Source: Hypanus sabinus
Taxonomy: Eukaryota
Direction of reading: 5' to 3'
Length of the DNA: 64,000 bases
NCBI RefSeq assembly: GCF_030144855.1
Contig: NC_082709.1
Location: 111,786,001 to 111,850,000, forward strand
The notes beneath the pieces are model-generated. The model was not told the origin of the DNA and did no database searches. It was given only the letters and a program-made list of their open reading frames with translations. A program made the translations under genes and the position numbers. Below are positions 39,897 to 52,279 of this stretch, in pieces (the stretch's first letter is position 1; every line of letters begins with the position of its first letter).

Positions 39897-42800
39897 TCAT
39901 TCCCGTCTGGTTAAATGCCAGGTATGTCTACAGGACAAATCAGATTTGCCCAGAATGGCAACCCAGTGGGTGTCCCCTGGACTACGCACGACAATTTCTC
40001 CCTTTCTGGGGAGGCTCTGCAGCTGTCGGATCCATACTCTGCCCGAGTCCTCGGCCTCGGGGGGTTCGGTGGATTTCCAGTCGGGAGATGGGGACTGTGC
40101 CGGGTGGCGGGTCAGTGGGGATCCCCCCTTGGCAAGTGGGCCGTGTGCTTAACTGGTCGACGGCCTGCTGAAGGACACTTAGCCACCCCTGCAGCATGCG
40201 AGAGGGTGTCAGAGTGCGGATTTTGTCCTTGAGCAGGCCGTTCATTCTTTCAATTAAGCCCGATGCCTGGGGGTGGTGGGGTATATGGAACTGCCACGAG
40301 ATCCCCGCCTCAGCCGCCCAGGTCTGGGCTTTGGTCCCAGCAAAGTGTGAGCCCTGATTGGATTGTACCTCCTATGGGACCCCATAGAGAGAGGAGAGGT
40401 GCTGTAATCCTCTAATGGTGCCGTTCTGGTCGGCCCTCTCACAGGGCACTGCCACCAGGACACCCGAGTATGTGTCCACCTTTGTGAGGACATACTGCTG
40501 CTTATTCTGTCGCGGGAGCGGTCCAATATAGTCCATTTGCCATACCTGACCCGCTCCCGTGCCGCGATGAATGTGGCTCGGTGGCCCTATCGGCCAGTCC
40601 CGTGGCTTGACTTGCTGGCAGATGGGGCAGTTAGCTACAGATGTTTTACATTGATCGAGTGTCAAGGCGACACTGAATTGTTCAGCCCAGCACCGCGTGC
40701 CATCAGCCCCTAAGTGACCACCTTTGCGGTGTGCCCACGCAGCTAGTGCACTGGGGTCTGTGTCGGGTGGAAGTGGTGGCAGATGATATTTGGGCAGCCT
40801 GGTCCACAGCAGTGTTAAACGTTGCCTCTTCATTATCTTTCCGGGTATGGGCATCCATATGGTGGACAGAAATTTTTCTGTGGGTAGCGTGGTCCCAAAT
40901 GAAACGCTAGTGGTGCTGTCCCCAGAGGGGGCGTCCGTGTATTTCCCACCCCATGTCTTGCCACTGGGTCATCCACACCGCAATGCCGTTAGCTACTGCC
41001 CAGGAGTCAGTATAGATGTGGACTGGTCCAGTAGTGTTTTGGAGGGTGAGGGCTACTGCTGCCAGCTCGGCAAGTTGACTGGAACCCCCCTCCCCCTCGG
41101 TGGTTAAAATTCTACCCGTGGTAGGATGAAGTGCTGCCGCTTTCCAAAATTGTTTACCCCCTTTCCAGCAGCTGGAGCCGTCTGTGAACCGGGCGCGCAG
41201 TTTGCTGCTGGGGTCGAGGGAATCGAAGGGTTGACCCCAACATGCTGGGGAAGGTTGTCCCTCAGGGATATCCGGGGCGGGGTCCTGGGACTGGGGGAAA
41301 GCCATGACTTGTTCATGGAGGCGGCTGACCCCTTCAGGACTGGGCTCAGCCCGGTCCACAATGTACCACTTCCACTTGACAATGGAGGACCTCTGGGCAC
41401 GGCCCTCCTTGTAGGTAGAATCGGGGGACTTGACCCATCGCATTATGGGGAGATGGGGGCGAAGGACGACAGGGTCGGTGCCTGTTTGGTGTTCTGTGGC
41501 GAGGAGCGCCAGGTAGCAGGCTAGCAGCTGGCCCTCGCAGGGGCTGTAGCGCACTGCTGCTTCAGGTAAGGACTTAGTCCAGAAATCGAGGGGGACTCTA
41601 CTCCCTGGGGTCTTCTGCTAGAGGCTCCACTCAGCGACCGTCTCGCTCGCTGAGACCTGTAACTCAAAAGGCAGACCCGCCTGGTGGGAAGAAAGTGGCA
41701 TGGCTTGTTCCACCGCTAGTTTCGCCGTATCAAAGGCAGCTTGTTCCGCTGGCTCCCAGAGAAATGTGGATTTTTTCCTGGAGATCCTATAGAGCGGCCG
41801 GAGAAGCATGGTCAAGTGGGGTATATGCTGCCGCCAATAGCCCAGGAGCCCCATGAATCTCTGTGTGTCAGTTTTATTTGAGGGGACAGCAAAATTTAAA
41901 ATTTTATTTTTGGCGGCATCGGGCATACTTCTGTGCCCGGAGTTCCATTGTACTCCAAGGAAAATGACACCCTGGCTGGGGCCCTGTATTTTTTCCATAT
42001 TAATGGCCCAGCCCTGTCCCCTGAGGGATTCGATTAGCATGTGAAGGGCCTTTGACACAATGGTCTCAGAAGGGCCTTGGAGAAGGATATCGTCTATATA
42101 ATGGGCAATCGAAATGGGAATTAGACGTTGTGTAAATCGTGGGAGACAAGGCCATGGCAGATTGTGGGGCTATGAATATAGCCTTGGGGCAGCTGATTAA
42201 ATGTGTATTGTCTGCTATCCCAAGTAAAGACAAACTGGTCTTGGCTATCTGAGTGCAGGGGAATCGACAAAAATGCATTCGCTAAATTGACAACAGCGTA
42301 CCAGGGTTTATGGGTACGGCCTGTGATGTCTTCAATAAGGGTGACAATGTCAGGTACAGCGGCAGCGAGGGGTGGGGGGTGCAGCCTTGTTCAATTGCCT
42401 ATAATCAACGGTCATCTGCCAGGAGGCATTCCTCTTACGGACGGGCCAAATGGGGCTATTGAAAGGCGAAGCAGCAGTTCTAATAATTCCCTCCCGTAAC
42501 AGGGCTTGAATGGAGTCTGCGATTTCTTGGCCCCCCCCCTCCCCCCGGCACTCTGTACTGACTGTTACAGATGATCTTGGAGGGAGGGGGAATAACAATT
42601 GGCACCCACTTAGCCACCCCAATGACAGTAGTGGCTCGCGCGATGCCAAAGGTGAACTTGCCCCTGTTTGTTTTAAGTGATTGTCCCTTTAAAACATTGA
42701 TCCCGAGGATACATTCCGGGGAGGAGGCAATAAGGACTTGTACACATCTGGGGGAATGATTGCCTATGGCTAGGCGAAGTGGGACCTCCCTGACGGGTAA

Positions 42801-43072
42801 GAGGGAGCCCCTCCAATCCCTCTATCTGCATGTCCGTACCCCTCCATAAGGCAGGATTGCCTGGGATAATCGTGTGCTGGGCGCCTGTGTCGACAAGTGC
42901 CATCCACCTCTGTGTTTCCCTTTCCTCACTGTACTGTGACGGGTATATGTGGCCTCAGGTCCACCTCTGTGTTTCCCTTTCCTCACTGTACTGTGACGGG
43001 TATATGTGGCCTCAGGTCCCCCGGGCGGGAAAGGGCGAGAGAGCAAATGTGCCGGGGGTCCTGGCCTTCATC
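39897..43072 (-). pseudogene. pol: ERV-A pro-pol (frameshifted)
   Basis: Protease ALVDTGAQ. RT SPFNSPIWPV, LPQGYIHSP, HYIDDIL. RNase H FTDGS, AELAA, YTDSW. IN H-H-C-C, WQMDYIGPLP, IERMNGLLK. No dUTPase seen. Confidence 0.9.
42903..43016. repeat. Perfect 57-bp tandem duplication in the ERV-A protease N-terminus
   Basis: 42903-42959 is identical to 42960-43016. Confidence 0.95.
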
Positions 43073-44684
43073 CTATGGGGGGGGGGGGGGAAGAGGGCTG
43101 CCACGCCGTGGGTGAGGCACTTTGCTGGTGGAGGTGGGACATTTCCTGCCTGACGAGCTTCGAGGGCCTTTGAGACAGTTTCGGGCAGGGAAGGCGTGGA
43201 GGGTGGCTCGGTGTGGGTGGTCATTTTGTAAGTAGTCTTCCACCTGCAATACTCCTTCCACAGGGCATATAGGTTGGGGGTGGGGATGGCATCTATCTGG
43301 TTACGATCCACCCCTGCACGCAGCAGGTCCGTGTACAGCTGCCTGCGCATATATCTGAGAGGGATAGTGTCTAGGGCCCTTGTCTTCGTCTTGCGGACCT
43401 GCGTAGGTGCCCCCCTCTGCATATACTCTAATCCCTCCAGGAGGGTGATGGCATCCCATACGGTCCTACCACTGGCTGGTGCCATGAGGGGCAGGATTAC
43501 TGACTTCAGATCGGGGCGTGCAATAGTGACCAAGTATCCCGCGAGGGCACCGGTCACTCGTGCGTTTTCAAGGAAGTTACGGTCGCAGGCACCTTGATAG
43601 ATGCCGTTGACCAGTGCCCATTCCCTGATAACCCGGGTCCCCTCACTGACCGTACCCCATTGCGGGCACCCGTGTAGATCCCACTCCAGAAGTGTGGGAT
43701 AGCGAGCTCGTACCGCGGTCACTACCCAATCCCACAGGGTTGTGCCGTCGCGGATTTCTGCTTGTGGCACCCGCGGCACATTGTTTAATCTCTGCTGGTC
43801 AGAGAGGCTTCCCAGGGCGCTTGCCTCCTGATGGGAGAGGCTGAGGTTGGGCCCCCTTTCGTCCCACAACCAGAGCAGCCAGGCCGCGAGGTGCTCGCCT
43901 GGTCGTTGGCGGTACCGATCCGCCAACTCGGTCAGCTCCTTGGGGGAGAAGTCCCGGGTCTCCGTGGTCTCAGAGAGACTAGGGGAAGATCCGGCTGTCT
44001 CCCCCCGTTCCCTTCCTCCCTGCGGTGAACCTGGGACCGCGTGGTGACGGGTCAGGCATGTTGGAGCTCAGGTGAGAAGGGGGAAGGGTGGTTGTGGGAC
44101 CTTGGTTCCTCGGGCACCCCCTCGTCATCACTATCCAGCTGGATGTCCCCATCCCCCAGCCATGCGTCCAGCTTGTCACCACACTGGACTGAGGCTCGAA
44201 TCTTTAATGGGTCCGGCTGCCAGCCAGACCGACGGGCTGCCCTGGCCTGCTGAAGTTTTATGAGGCGACAGGCAAGTTCAGTTCCCCTAACTTCAAGGTC
44301 ATCGGCTCGGGCCTGGGCAGCCTGTGCTGCTTCCTTCAGTGTGCAACAACGCTGACTGAGATCTTCAATTTCCCTGTCCTTCTGACCACACAAGTGCTGC
44401 AGGTGATCAGTAATTCTAACCTGGCATCTCAGCAGGGACACAAACAACCAGAAGGCACCCCTTTGACTCCCCTTGGCTTTGGGGAACCCTGATTCCTTCA
44501 GGAGGGAGACCACATGATGGCCCAGCTTCTCTCCACAGGGCTCTAACTGCTCAGACCAGTCCACTGGTTTTCCGTGGTCTGCCAGCATGCTGGCCAGACT
44601 CTTGAATCCCTCCCTTTCATCAGCCCATTCGGGGATCTTATCCTGGGTGCCCGCACTGGCTTTCTTCCCCTTATTCCAGAACAT
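43073..44684 (-). pseudogene. gag: ERV-A gag (one stop and frameshifts)
   Basis: Coiled-coil region then KIRASV...WLGDGDI; ETRDFSPKELTELADRYRQRPGEHLAAWLLWLWD; LLRAGVDRNQID. All resemble ERV-L/Fv1-type Gag. No CCHC knuckle. Confidence 0.85.
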
Positions 44685-44720
44685 TATCCCCTGTGCTTGT
44701 GTCCAGCCAAAACCTATGAG

Positions 44721-44738
44721 ACCGTGCTCGCAGCGCCA
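44721..44738 (-). other. Primer-binding site, tRNA-Ser-like (TGGCGCTGCGAGCACGGT)
   Basis: Starts 2 nt after the 5' LTR; resembles the complement of recalled vertebrate tRNA-Ser 3' ends (TGGCGC[A/T]G[C/T]GAGCAGG). Confidence 0.75.
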
Positions 44739-44740
44739 AA

Positions 44741-45223
44741 TGTTGTGATGGAAAATAACTGGTTCCTTGAGTCTCAACAGTAGAGGCCTGGACACACACA
44801 GTTTTAATAACAAGGTATTTATTTAGAAGGGGAAGTCGGGTCAACGCAAGCAACTACAATACACAGGAAGCGGTGTGGGGACAGGGTACGGTTACACAAA
44901 CAAAGAACAAGGGAAAAGCACTACAACAGCTATCCCCCTTGGCCTTGGATAGCTGCGGCTCCCTTGCCAGGGCAAACAATAGACCTTCCCAAGCATAAAT
45001 TAATGCACTTACCTCCAATGTGATGGTCTGTAAGAGAGACCGAGCCAGGGACAAGTCTCACCTTTTAAAGCATGGGGCTGGGCGAGATAATCCAATTAAG
45101 GTGACCACTGATTTAGGTGTGCATTGATTAGTTGGGAGGGACCAAATGTTGATTGGCATGTGGTGTGTCCTCCGACAGCCAGGTGGCAGTGCATCTGTCA
45201 CGTGGCCGATATCTCTGGATACA
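44741..45223 (-). repeat. ERV-A 5' LTR
   Basis: Minus strand shows CCAAT boxes, TATA-like TTTAAAAG (~45062-45070), a GAG|GTAAGT donor at 45012, and AATAAA/ATTAAA. Confidence 0.95.
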
Positions 45224-45700
45224 CCCTAACACGCTCTGCTCTTCTTGTACCATAGAAAACACATTCCATTGACATTTGTAGGTAAGCATTAACCAATCAG
45301 ATAGCCCCTATTCAAATGAGATACCAAAGAAGCTTGCAAAATAAGACAAAGAACTGTCACCACTAGGAGATGCACTGAACAATTGCTGTATACATTGGTA
45401 ATTATATGAAAATACAAGCAGGATTGAAAAAGTTAAAACTACAAAGAAAGTAACAATAATGCAGTCTAATCCAACAGAGTGGATTTATGTAACAACACTC
45501 ACAGAGAAATTAAGCAACTTAAACCTTTATTGATTACAGTCACTGTTTTAACTTATGGAAACATTGCAATCTGCTTATGAGCAGTGAGGTCTTGAACAAC
45601 AATGAATAAAGAATCTGATTATCTGTTTCTGATTGAGGATAAATGTTGCCAGGTCATAGAAGTCCATCTTTTTTTTTGTCATCCAGTGCATGGACTGTAT

Positions 45701-46564
45701 TGTTACGAACCCCGTAACTGGGTCACTTACCAGCAAAGATAGAGAGGTCTGTTGAAGTCTGATGATACTATTTTTAACAGTATTTATTAGTAAAAATACA
45801 CAAAAATACTATCAATGTAAATATACAGATAATATACGTCATCAATACTAAATCTAAAAGTGTGGGTATAATACTAATCAATAAGAAATACGCTCTATTG
45901 TTGTCTAGGGGATAATGTAATGTCCGATGGAAATATAAAGTTCACTCAGTTCATGCAGGCTGCAGCCTTTGGGGACCGCTGGGTTTGCAATGGTTGGAGA
46001 GAGAGAGAGAGAGAGTTTTGGGAGAAAAACTTGCCAACTCCTTTTATGATTTCGATCTTTCGGAGTCTCGTTAGTGTGGCCGTTCACTTGTGGCCTCTTC
46101 TTTAGCTAAGCCGTTCTTCCGTGGTGAGCCCGCCAATCCCAGGCAAGAGAAGGACGCACACGAGCCCCCACCGTCTGTCGCTATTAAACGCTGTCACGGG
46201 ATTTCTAGCGTTTCTTCTGGTGCGTCTAAAGGGGTTGTTCTCCAGACCCTCTTTTATCCTTACTCACGGGGTTTCAGATGTCAATCAGGTTGGGATGATG
46301 CAATCCCTCAACCAGCCCACTCTGGTCGTCCCCTGAGGGGCTTCAATGAATAGTACAGTATTCAATACACAATTCCGTTTCCAAGAGACAATAGCCGTTA
46401 TCAATGGTTTTGTTTCGCTGAGGCCAGGACACATTCTAAACCTTGTGGATTCTCTCTCATTTCCTGGGTCCCAGACCCGAATTAATAGCAATCTTGCGAT
46501 TCTCAAAAAGGAGGGGGCGACTTTGTACCCTTCAGCCCCTCAGAGTTGCGGCACATTCGTAACA
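45701..46564. mobile_element. Solo LTR (Gypsy- or ERV-type), 864 bp
   Basis: Perfect 9-bp inverted termini TGTTACGAA...TTCGTAACA; 4-bp TSD GTAT/GTGT (1 mismatch); no internal coding sequence. Confidence 0.75.
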
Positions 46565-48189
46565 GTGTAATTTCACTTGGATATCCATGTAATAGCTAAT
46601 TCAACAGATCATAACACTTCCTTGGAAGAGTCAATGTATAAACTCCAAGTTTAACTTTTAGAGGTTAACTTTGTCTTTTGGTGTGACGTTATAGATCTTC
46701 AATCTTAAATTCTTGATTGCTTGAAAAATTAGATTCAAAGGAGCTTTTCTCAGATCATTGATGTCTGTTAATTCTTGGCAAATTTTGGATATTGTTAAGC
46801 TTTCAAAACTCATGGTAGAAATAATAAAATAATTGAAGGTTTGAAATTGTAGGTCCATCCCACCAATGTAAAGTGTTGTTGACATATTATAGGGAAGATG
46901 TATTTCTTTTGCTTAGTTTGAGAGAAGAGGGATTAACTTGAATTATAAGTTAATGCCTGAAAGGGGAGAGAGGAGGAAATTAAAGATGATTGATTTCATC
47001 CATGGTTAATAGCATTGCTCAGCTATCTGCCACCAAGAAGATCAAGGAGATCAGCCACATGAAAACTCCACCATCTGTAAGGACCCTTGAGATGCTGACT
47101 TGAATGTACTTTGAATTCTTTTCAGTGCTGTTGCACCAGCATCCTAGAACGCACTACCTGAGAGCATCGCGGAAGTGCTTTTAACATGGTGGCTCCAGTA
47201 GTTCACATCAACATCTCCTGTAGTATGGTTAGGGAAGGGCTCTTACTGGCCCTTAGTAACTTCCACACCTCAAATATGAAATAAAGAAACAATGATCTCT
47301 GAGCCCAAAGGCTTGTGATGTTTACTGGTACAAGGAAATTCCCATGTACTTTTTACAGTCCCGTTTTTCCAACACAGCTAAGAGGACATGGAAGAATCTC
47401 CCATATTTCTATCCTACAAGAATGAATGAACTGGCTTCTACAAACAGTATTTTATAATCTGTCAATTGCTTTAGAGACAATGCAGAAATTTTTTTCAAGT
47501 TATTGATACATAGGAAACTTGATTGCTAATTTTGTACTGGACATATCCCCTCAAAAAGTAGTGTGACAGTAAAATCTGGTTTTCTCTCTATGCCTTTTCT
47601 CAGCCTTCAACATCAGACTATCAAACAATAAAAAAAATCCATCAACAAGATCATTTTGGGTTTGACTTAATGTGTCATCCAAAAATTTAACAACTTTGAC
47701 AGCACACAACACTCCTTCAGTTTTGCACTTGAATGCCAATTTTTATTTTGAACTTGGGTTTCAGAAGTGGCATTTGAACTTCCAATATTTAATTCTGATC
47801 GGTGTCCTTCTGCAGAACACCAGGAAGTTACATGGCCCTGGACGCTGCTATTTAATATTCTGATCTAGGCCTTGGCTCCACTTTACTGCCTGTCATTTAT
47901 ATACTTGGATTCACAAAATAACTGTCTCAATCTTGAATTTGAATCAGTCTTTTATTGATGTAGCCACACAGCTCTGAGGTAGAGAATTGCCTCTGCGTAA
48001 AGAAATTCCTCTTTGTTGTCTCTTGCTTTAAGTGGGATCCCTTTATGCTGAAACTTTGCCTTCTTCGGGAGAGGAAATAATCCTCTTTGCATTTCCCTTT
48101 CAAGCCCCCTTAAACTTTGTGTGTTTCATGAAGATCATAGATAGTGTGTTTTAATCACATTATAAGAATGACTGGGAAATATTCTTATC

Positions 48190-49040
48190 AGGTAGTGTTG
48201 AGGAAGCAGGGAGTACTTCGACAGATTAGGAGAATGGGCAAAGGAGTGCCAGATGAAATACAGTGTAGGGAAGTGTGGGATCTTGCAATTTTTTAGAAAG
48301 AATAAAGGTGTAGATTACTTTCTAAACAGGGAAAACATTCAAAAGTCCAAGGTGCAGAGGGACTTGGGAGTCTTCATGTAGGATTCCCTAAAGGTTAACT
48401 TGCAGGTTGAGTCATTGGTAAGGAGGCAAATGCAATGTTAGCATCCATTTAAGAGAACTAGAATACAAAAGCAAGCATGTAATGTTAAGGCTTTGTGAGG
48501 CATTGGTCAATCCGCATTTGGAGTACTGTGAGCAGTTTTGGACTGCTTATCTATGAATAGATATGTTGGCATTGAAGAGAGTCCAGAGGAGGTTCACAAG
48601 AATTACCTTGGAAGTGCAAGGGTTAATGTTTGCTGGTTCTGGACCTGTACTCGCTGGAGGTTAGAAGAATGGGCAGGGGGAGATCTCTTTGCAAAGTATC
48701 GAATATTGAAAGGCCTGGATAGAGTGGATGTGGTGAGGATGTTTCCTATAGTGGGGTAGTATAGGACCAGAGGGCACAATGTCAGAATAGAGTGACGTCC
48801 CTTTGGAACAGAGATGAAGAATTTCTTTAGCCAGAAAGTGGTGAATTTGTAGGATTCATTACCACTACAGCTATGGAGGTCACATCATTGGGAATATTTG
48901 AAGTGGAGGTTGATAGGTTCTTGAATAGTAAGGATGTCAAAGATCATGGGGAGAAGGCAGGGGAATGGGGTAAAGAGGGAAAATAAGTCAACCATGGTAG
49001 AATAGCAGAACAGACTTGAAGGCCCAAATGGCTAATTCTG
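48190..49040 (+). mobile_element. CR1-like LINE 3' fragment
   Basis: Collinear with 24550-25275 and 26225-26670. Confidence 0.75.
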
Positions 49041-49174
49041 CTCCTATGTCATATGTTCTATGAATGTTGCTTTTTGATACTCAGCTTTAGCCAAGATCTG
49101 CTGTGCCTTTTCTCAGTCAATGCCAGCACTCATCACAGACTGCTGATTTGTGCAGAAATGCAAGGGTGCAAGTA

Positions 49175-50953
49175 CAGTGGATTCTGGTTAATTGGGACCA
49201 TCACATTTTGGCCCATTTAAGTGGTTGTCGCAATTAGCTGAAGTTTCATGGAAATAGTTTAAAAAGTTTTTAAGAAAGTCAAACTGAGTAACAAATTATC
49301 ATTTAAATGAAATATAGAACAAGTTAGAACATTGCCACCAATCCTACAGTACTATAAATCCCTGTCTTAGCTGCCATGCTTGACTGTAAATGAACAAAAT
49401 CAGCGTAGACACCTAGTACAGATAATGGACTGACTGCATGCAATGCTGTCAACAATTGCACCTTCCAAATCTTCATTTTCATTGAAATAATCAAAATGAT
49501 TGTTGATACCTTTAAGCTTGAATGTTTGAAATTGCAGTGAGCAAAACAGTTCTGAATTATTTTACTGCTTATTACTTGCTAACTATGGGTGACAAAAATT
49601 ACTGCTTATTGAACACAAATGCATGCAATTGATGTTACTTAAAAACTGTTTGCACTAATCAGTGTAGCATAGTGGTCGCCAACCCGTCAACTGGTCGATC
49701 TTAGAGACTTTTAAAAACATTGGTGCCTGATGTTTTTTACATACACTGTGTCATCCACCGCCAGCATTAGGTTGCAAAAAAATTGGGACAATGTTTGCGC
49801 AACACCCTTGCTTTTGGAATAATGTCTGTAAACTTCAAGTCAAATACACTTCAAGGTGGTCTTTTTCAACAAGTGTGTGAGGAAAAGTAAGATTTTGAAT
49901 GGCCACTAATGCATACAGAGGTTCAGTGGTTATCAGAAAGCAATTATCTTCATCACTTTGTTACGCTTTTGGATAACGGTCTTGATGTTGTGAAAAGAAG
50001 CGGTCTTTGATTATCCTTAACCAAGTTGCAATCAGTTATTCAAAAGCTTGCTGGTTGGAAGAATGTTAAATAGTACCTGTAAAAAATATTCACTCCCCCG
50101 GGGGCCCATTAGAGGTTTTCTTTTTTATTTGTTTTTCAGCATTGAACCATAGTGGATTTAATTTGGCTTTTTTGACACTGATCAACAGAAAAGACTCTTT
50201 TGAGTCAAAGTGAAAACAAATTTCTACAAATTAGTCTAAATTTATTACAATTATTAAACATAAAATAATTGATTGCATGATAACCGCTTTCAAGTCAGTA
50301 TTTAGTGGATGCACCTTTGGCAGCATCTTTTATCTTCATGGTGTAGCTTTTGCCAGGATACTGACTCACCAGCAGTTGGACGTCCCGGATCCAGGTGTAT
50401 TTTTACTACAACCAATTGAAACACCTTGACTGCACACAGGTGATCTCCATATGACTTCTAAAACCAGTTGGCTGCACCAGTGATGATTTGGTGTATCATA
50501 TTAAGGAAGGGGGGTTAATTCCTTTTGCAATCAATTAGTTTATGTTTTATATTTGTAATTAATTCAGCTCACTTTGTAGAGATCTGTTTTCACTTTGATA
50601 TAAGTCTTTTTCTGTTCATTTTCAAAAAAATGCCAAGTTAAATCAACTGTGATTCAATGTTGTAAAACAATAAAACATGAAAACTTCCAAGTGGGTGAAT
50701 ACTTTTTATAGGTACTGTATATACTATAAGTAAAGTATCCTATTCAGAGCTTTGAAATAGTTTTATTTTTTGCATACACCTGTAACATTTAATATGACAA
50801 TAATATTTATAACCTGTTAAAATGTGAATATTGACTGTATGTTAGAATAATCAGTACAGTTGACTATAAAGACTTTAGCAACTAACGGTGGGGGCTGCAG
50901 AGGTAAATAAAAGGCACAAGTGGGCCGTGAGCAAAATGGTTTGAGAGCCACTG
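49175..50953. mobile_element. Nested DNA transposons: Tigger-like (49175-49669), hAT remnant (49670-50953), and a Tc1 deletion derivative (~50072-50717) inside the hAT
   Basis: Tigger terminus CAGTGGATTCTGGTTAATTGG shared with 59214; hAT transposase motifs HCVIHRQH and HTEVQWLS; Tc1-type long TIRs flanked by TA. Confidence 0.65.
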
Positions 50954-52279
50954 TCATAGAGAATAGAGAATGTTAGTGACATTGAAAGGGCATATTATCT
51001 TTCTCTAATTGTTGTGATGTTGTAATATATACAAATCATGCTTGATTTCTGGAGGAAAAAAAATTACTGAAGTGCACAATCAGTTTCTATCCTAGCACGT
51101 TTAAGACAAAGTAGTAGCACCAATTTTATTAGATAATAAAATTGAGCTTATAAGCCTACAATATCTTGCCTTAAATGTGAATGTACATGTATGTAATATA
51201 TATAAATGGGGAGGTTTCTCCTATTTTTGAGTTTACAAGATTCATTACATTGAGGAAGAAAAAGTCTTTGTTTAGGTGTGCAAGCAGGGGCTGGGGAAAA
51301 GTATCTTACAGTTATTGATTATAGTCTTTGCTGTAAGAGGTATTGTTAGTTTGTTTTTTGTGGTGATAGTGGGACAGCTTTCACAGTTACTTATGGCATT
51401 GTCCATAGAACAGTACAGCTCAAGAACAGGCCTTTTAACCCACAATGTTACGCAGATCCAATTAAATTAATAATTAGATGGCCAGCTAAACTAATCCCTT
51501 CTGCATGCTCAGTGTCCATATCCCTCCACTTCCCTTACATTCATGTGCTTATACAAACGTCTCTTAAAAGTTCCTAATGTTAACACCCCAGGCACCCACT
51601 ACTCTCTGTGTATAAATAAATCTTATCTCTTACATCTCCTTTGAACTTGCCCCCTCTCTCCCTAAATTCAAGCCCTCTGATATGAGATATTTCAACCCTA
51701 GGAAAAAGTTGCTGACTTTCCATTCTATGTCTATCATTATCTTTATAAACCACTATCAGATCTCAGCTGTTCCAGAGAAAACAAACCAAGTTTGGGCTAA
51801 TCCAGGCAGCATCCTGGTAAATCTCTTCTCCCTCTCCAAAACTGGACATCCTCTCTGTAATGGGGTGAATGCAATACTCCAGGTGCACCTAACTAAAATT
51901 TTATAAAGCTGCAGCATGCTGACTTTTGAACTCCATGCCTCGACTAATAAAGGTTAAGCGTACCCTGTCTTAGCCACTCTATCAACCTGTGTAGCCACTT
52001 TCAAGGAGCTATGAACTTGACCTCAAGATCCCTCTGCTCATCAACACTGTTAAGGGTCTTGCTCTTAACAATGTACTGTCTCTTTACAATTGGCCTATCA
52101 AGGTGCAACACTTTAGCCGGTTTAAGCTCAAACTGCCACTTGCCTGCCCATATCTGCAACTGTTCTATATCTTGTGTTCTTTTCCAGTCTTCTATGCCAT
52201 CCACAACACAACCAATCATCATATCATCTGCAGACTTACTAATCTACCCACCTACTTTTTCATCCAGGTCATTTATATA

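Larger units (their letters stand above)
38161..45223 (-). mobile_element. Full-structure class III (ERV-S/ERV-L-like) endogenous retrovirus (ERV-A), LTR-gag-pro-pol-env-LTR, defective
   Basis: Paired ~480-bp LTRs (TG...CA); 5-bp TSD TCCTA/CCCTA (1 mismatch); PBS; PPT; YIDD RT; ERV-L-type gag motifs; env with an immunosuppressive domain (ISD). Confidence 0.93.

Noticed and set aside
42903-43016. CRISPR-like repeat
   Set aside because: Eukaryotic DNA; a simple two-copy tandem duplication without spacers.
43012-44813. Fv1-like domesticated gag
   Set aside because: An internal TGA (44054-44052) and a frameshift near 43970 break the ORF; decay looks neutral like the rest of the provirus.
31142-46564. 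31142-31857 and 45701-46564 as paired LTRs of ERV-B
   Set aside because: The two sequences are not similar, and the right one has its own TSD.
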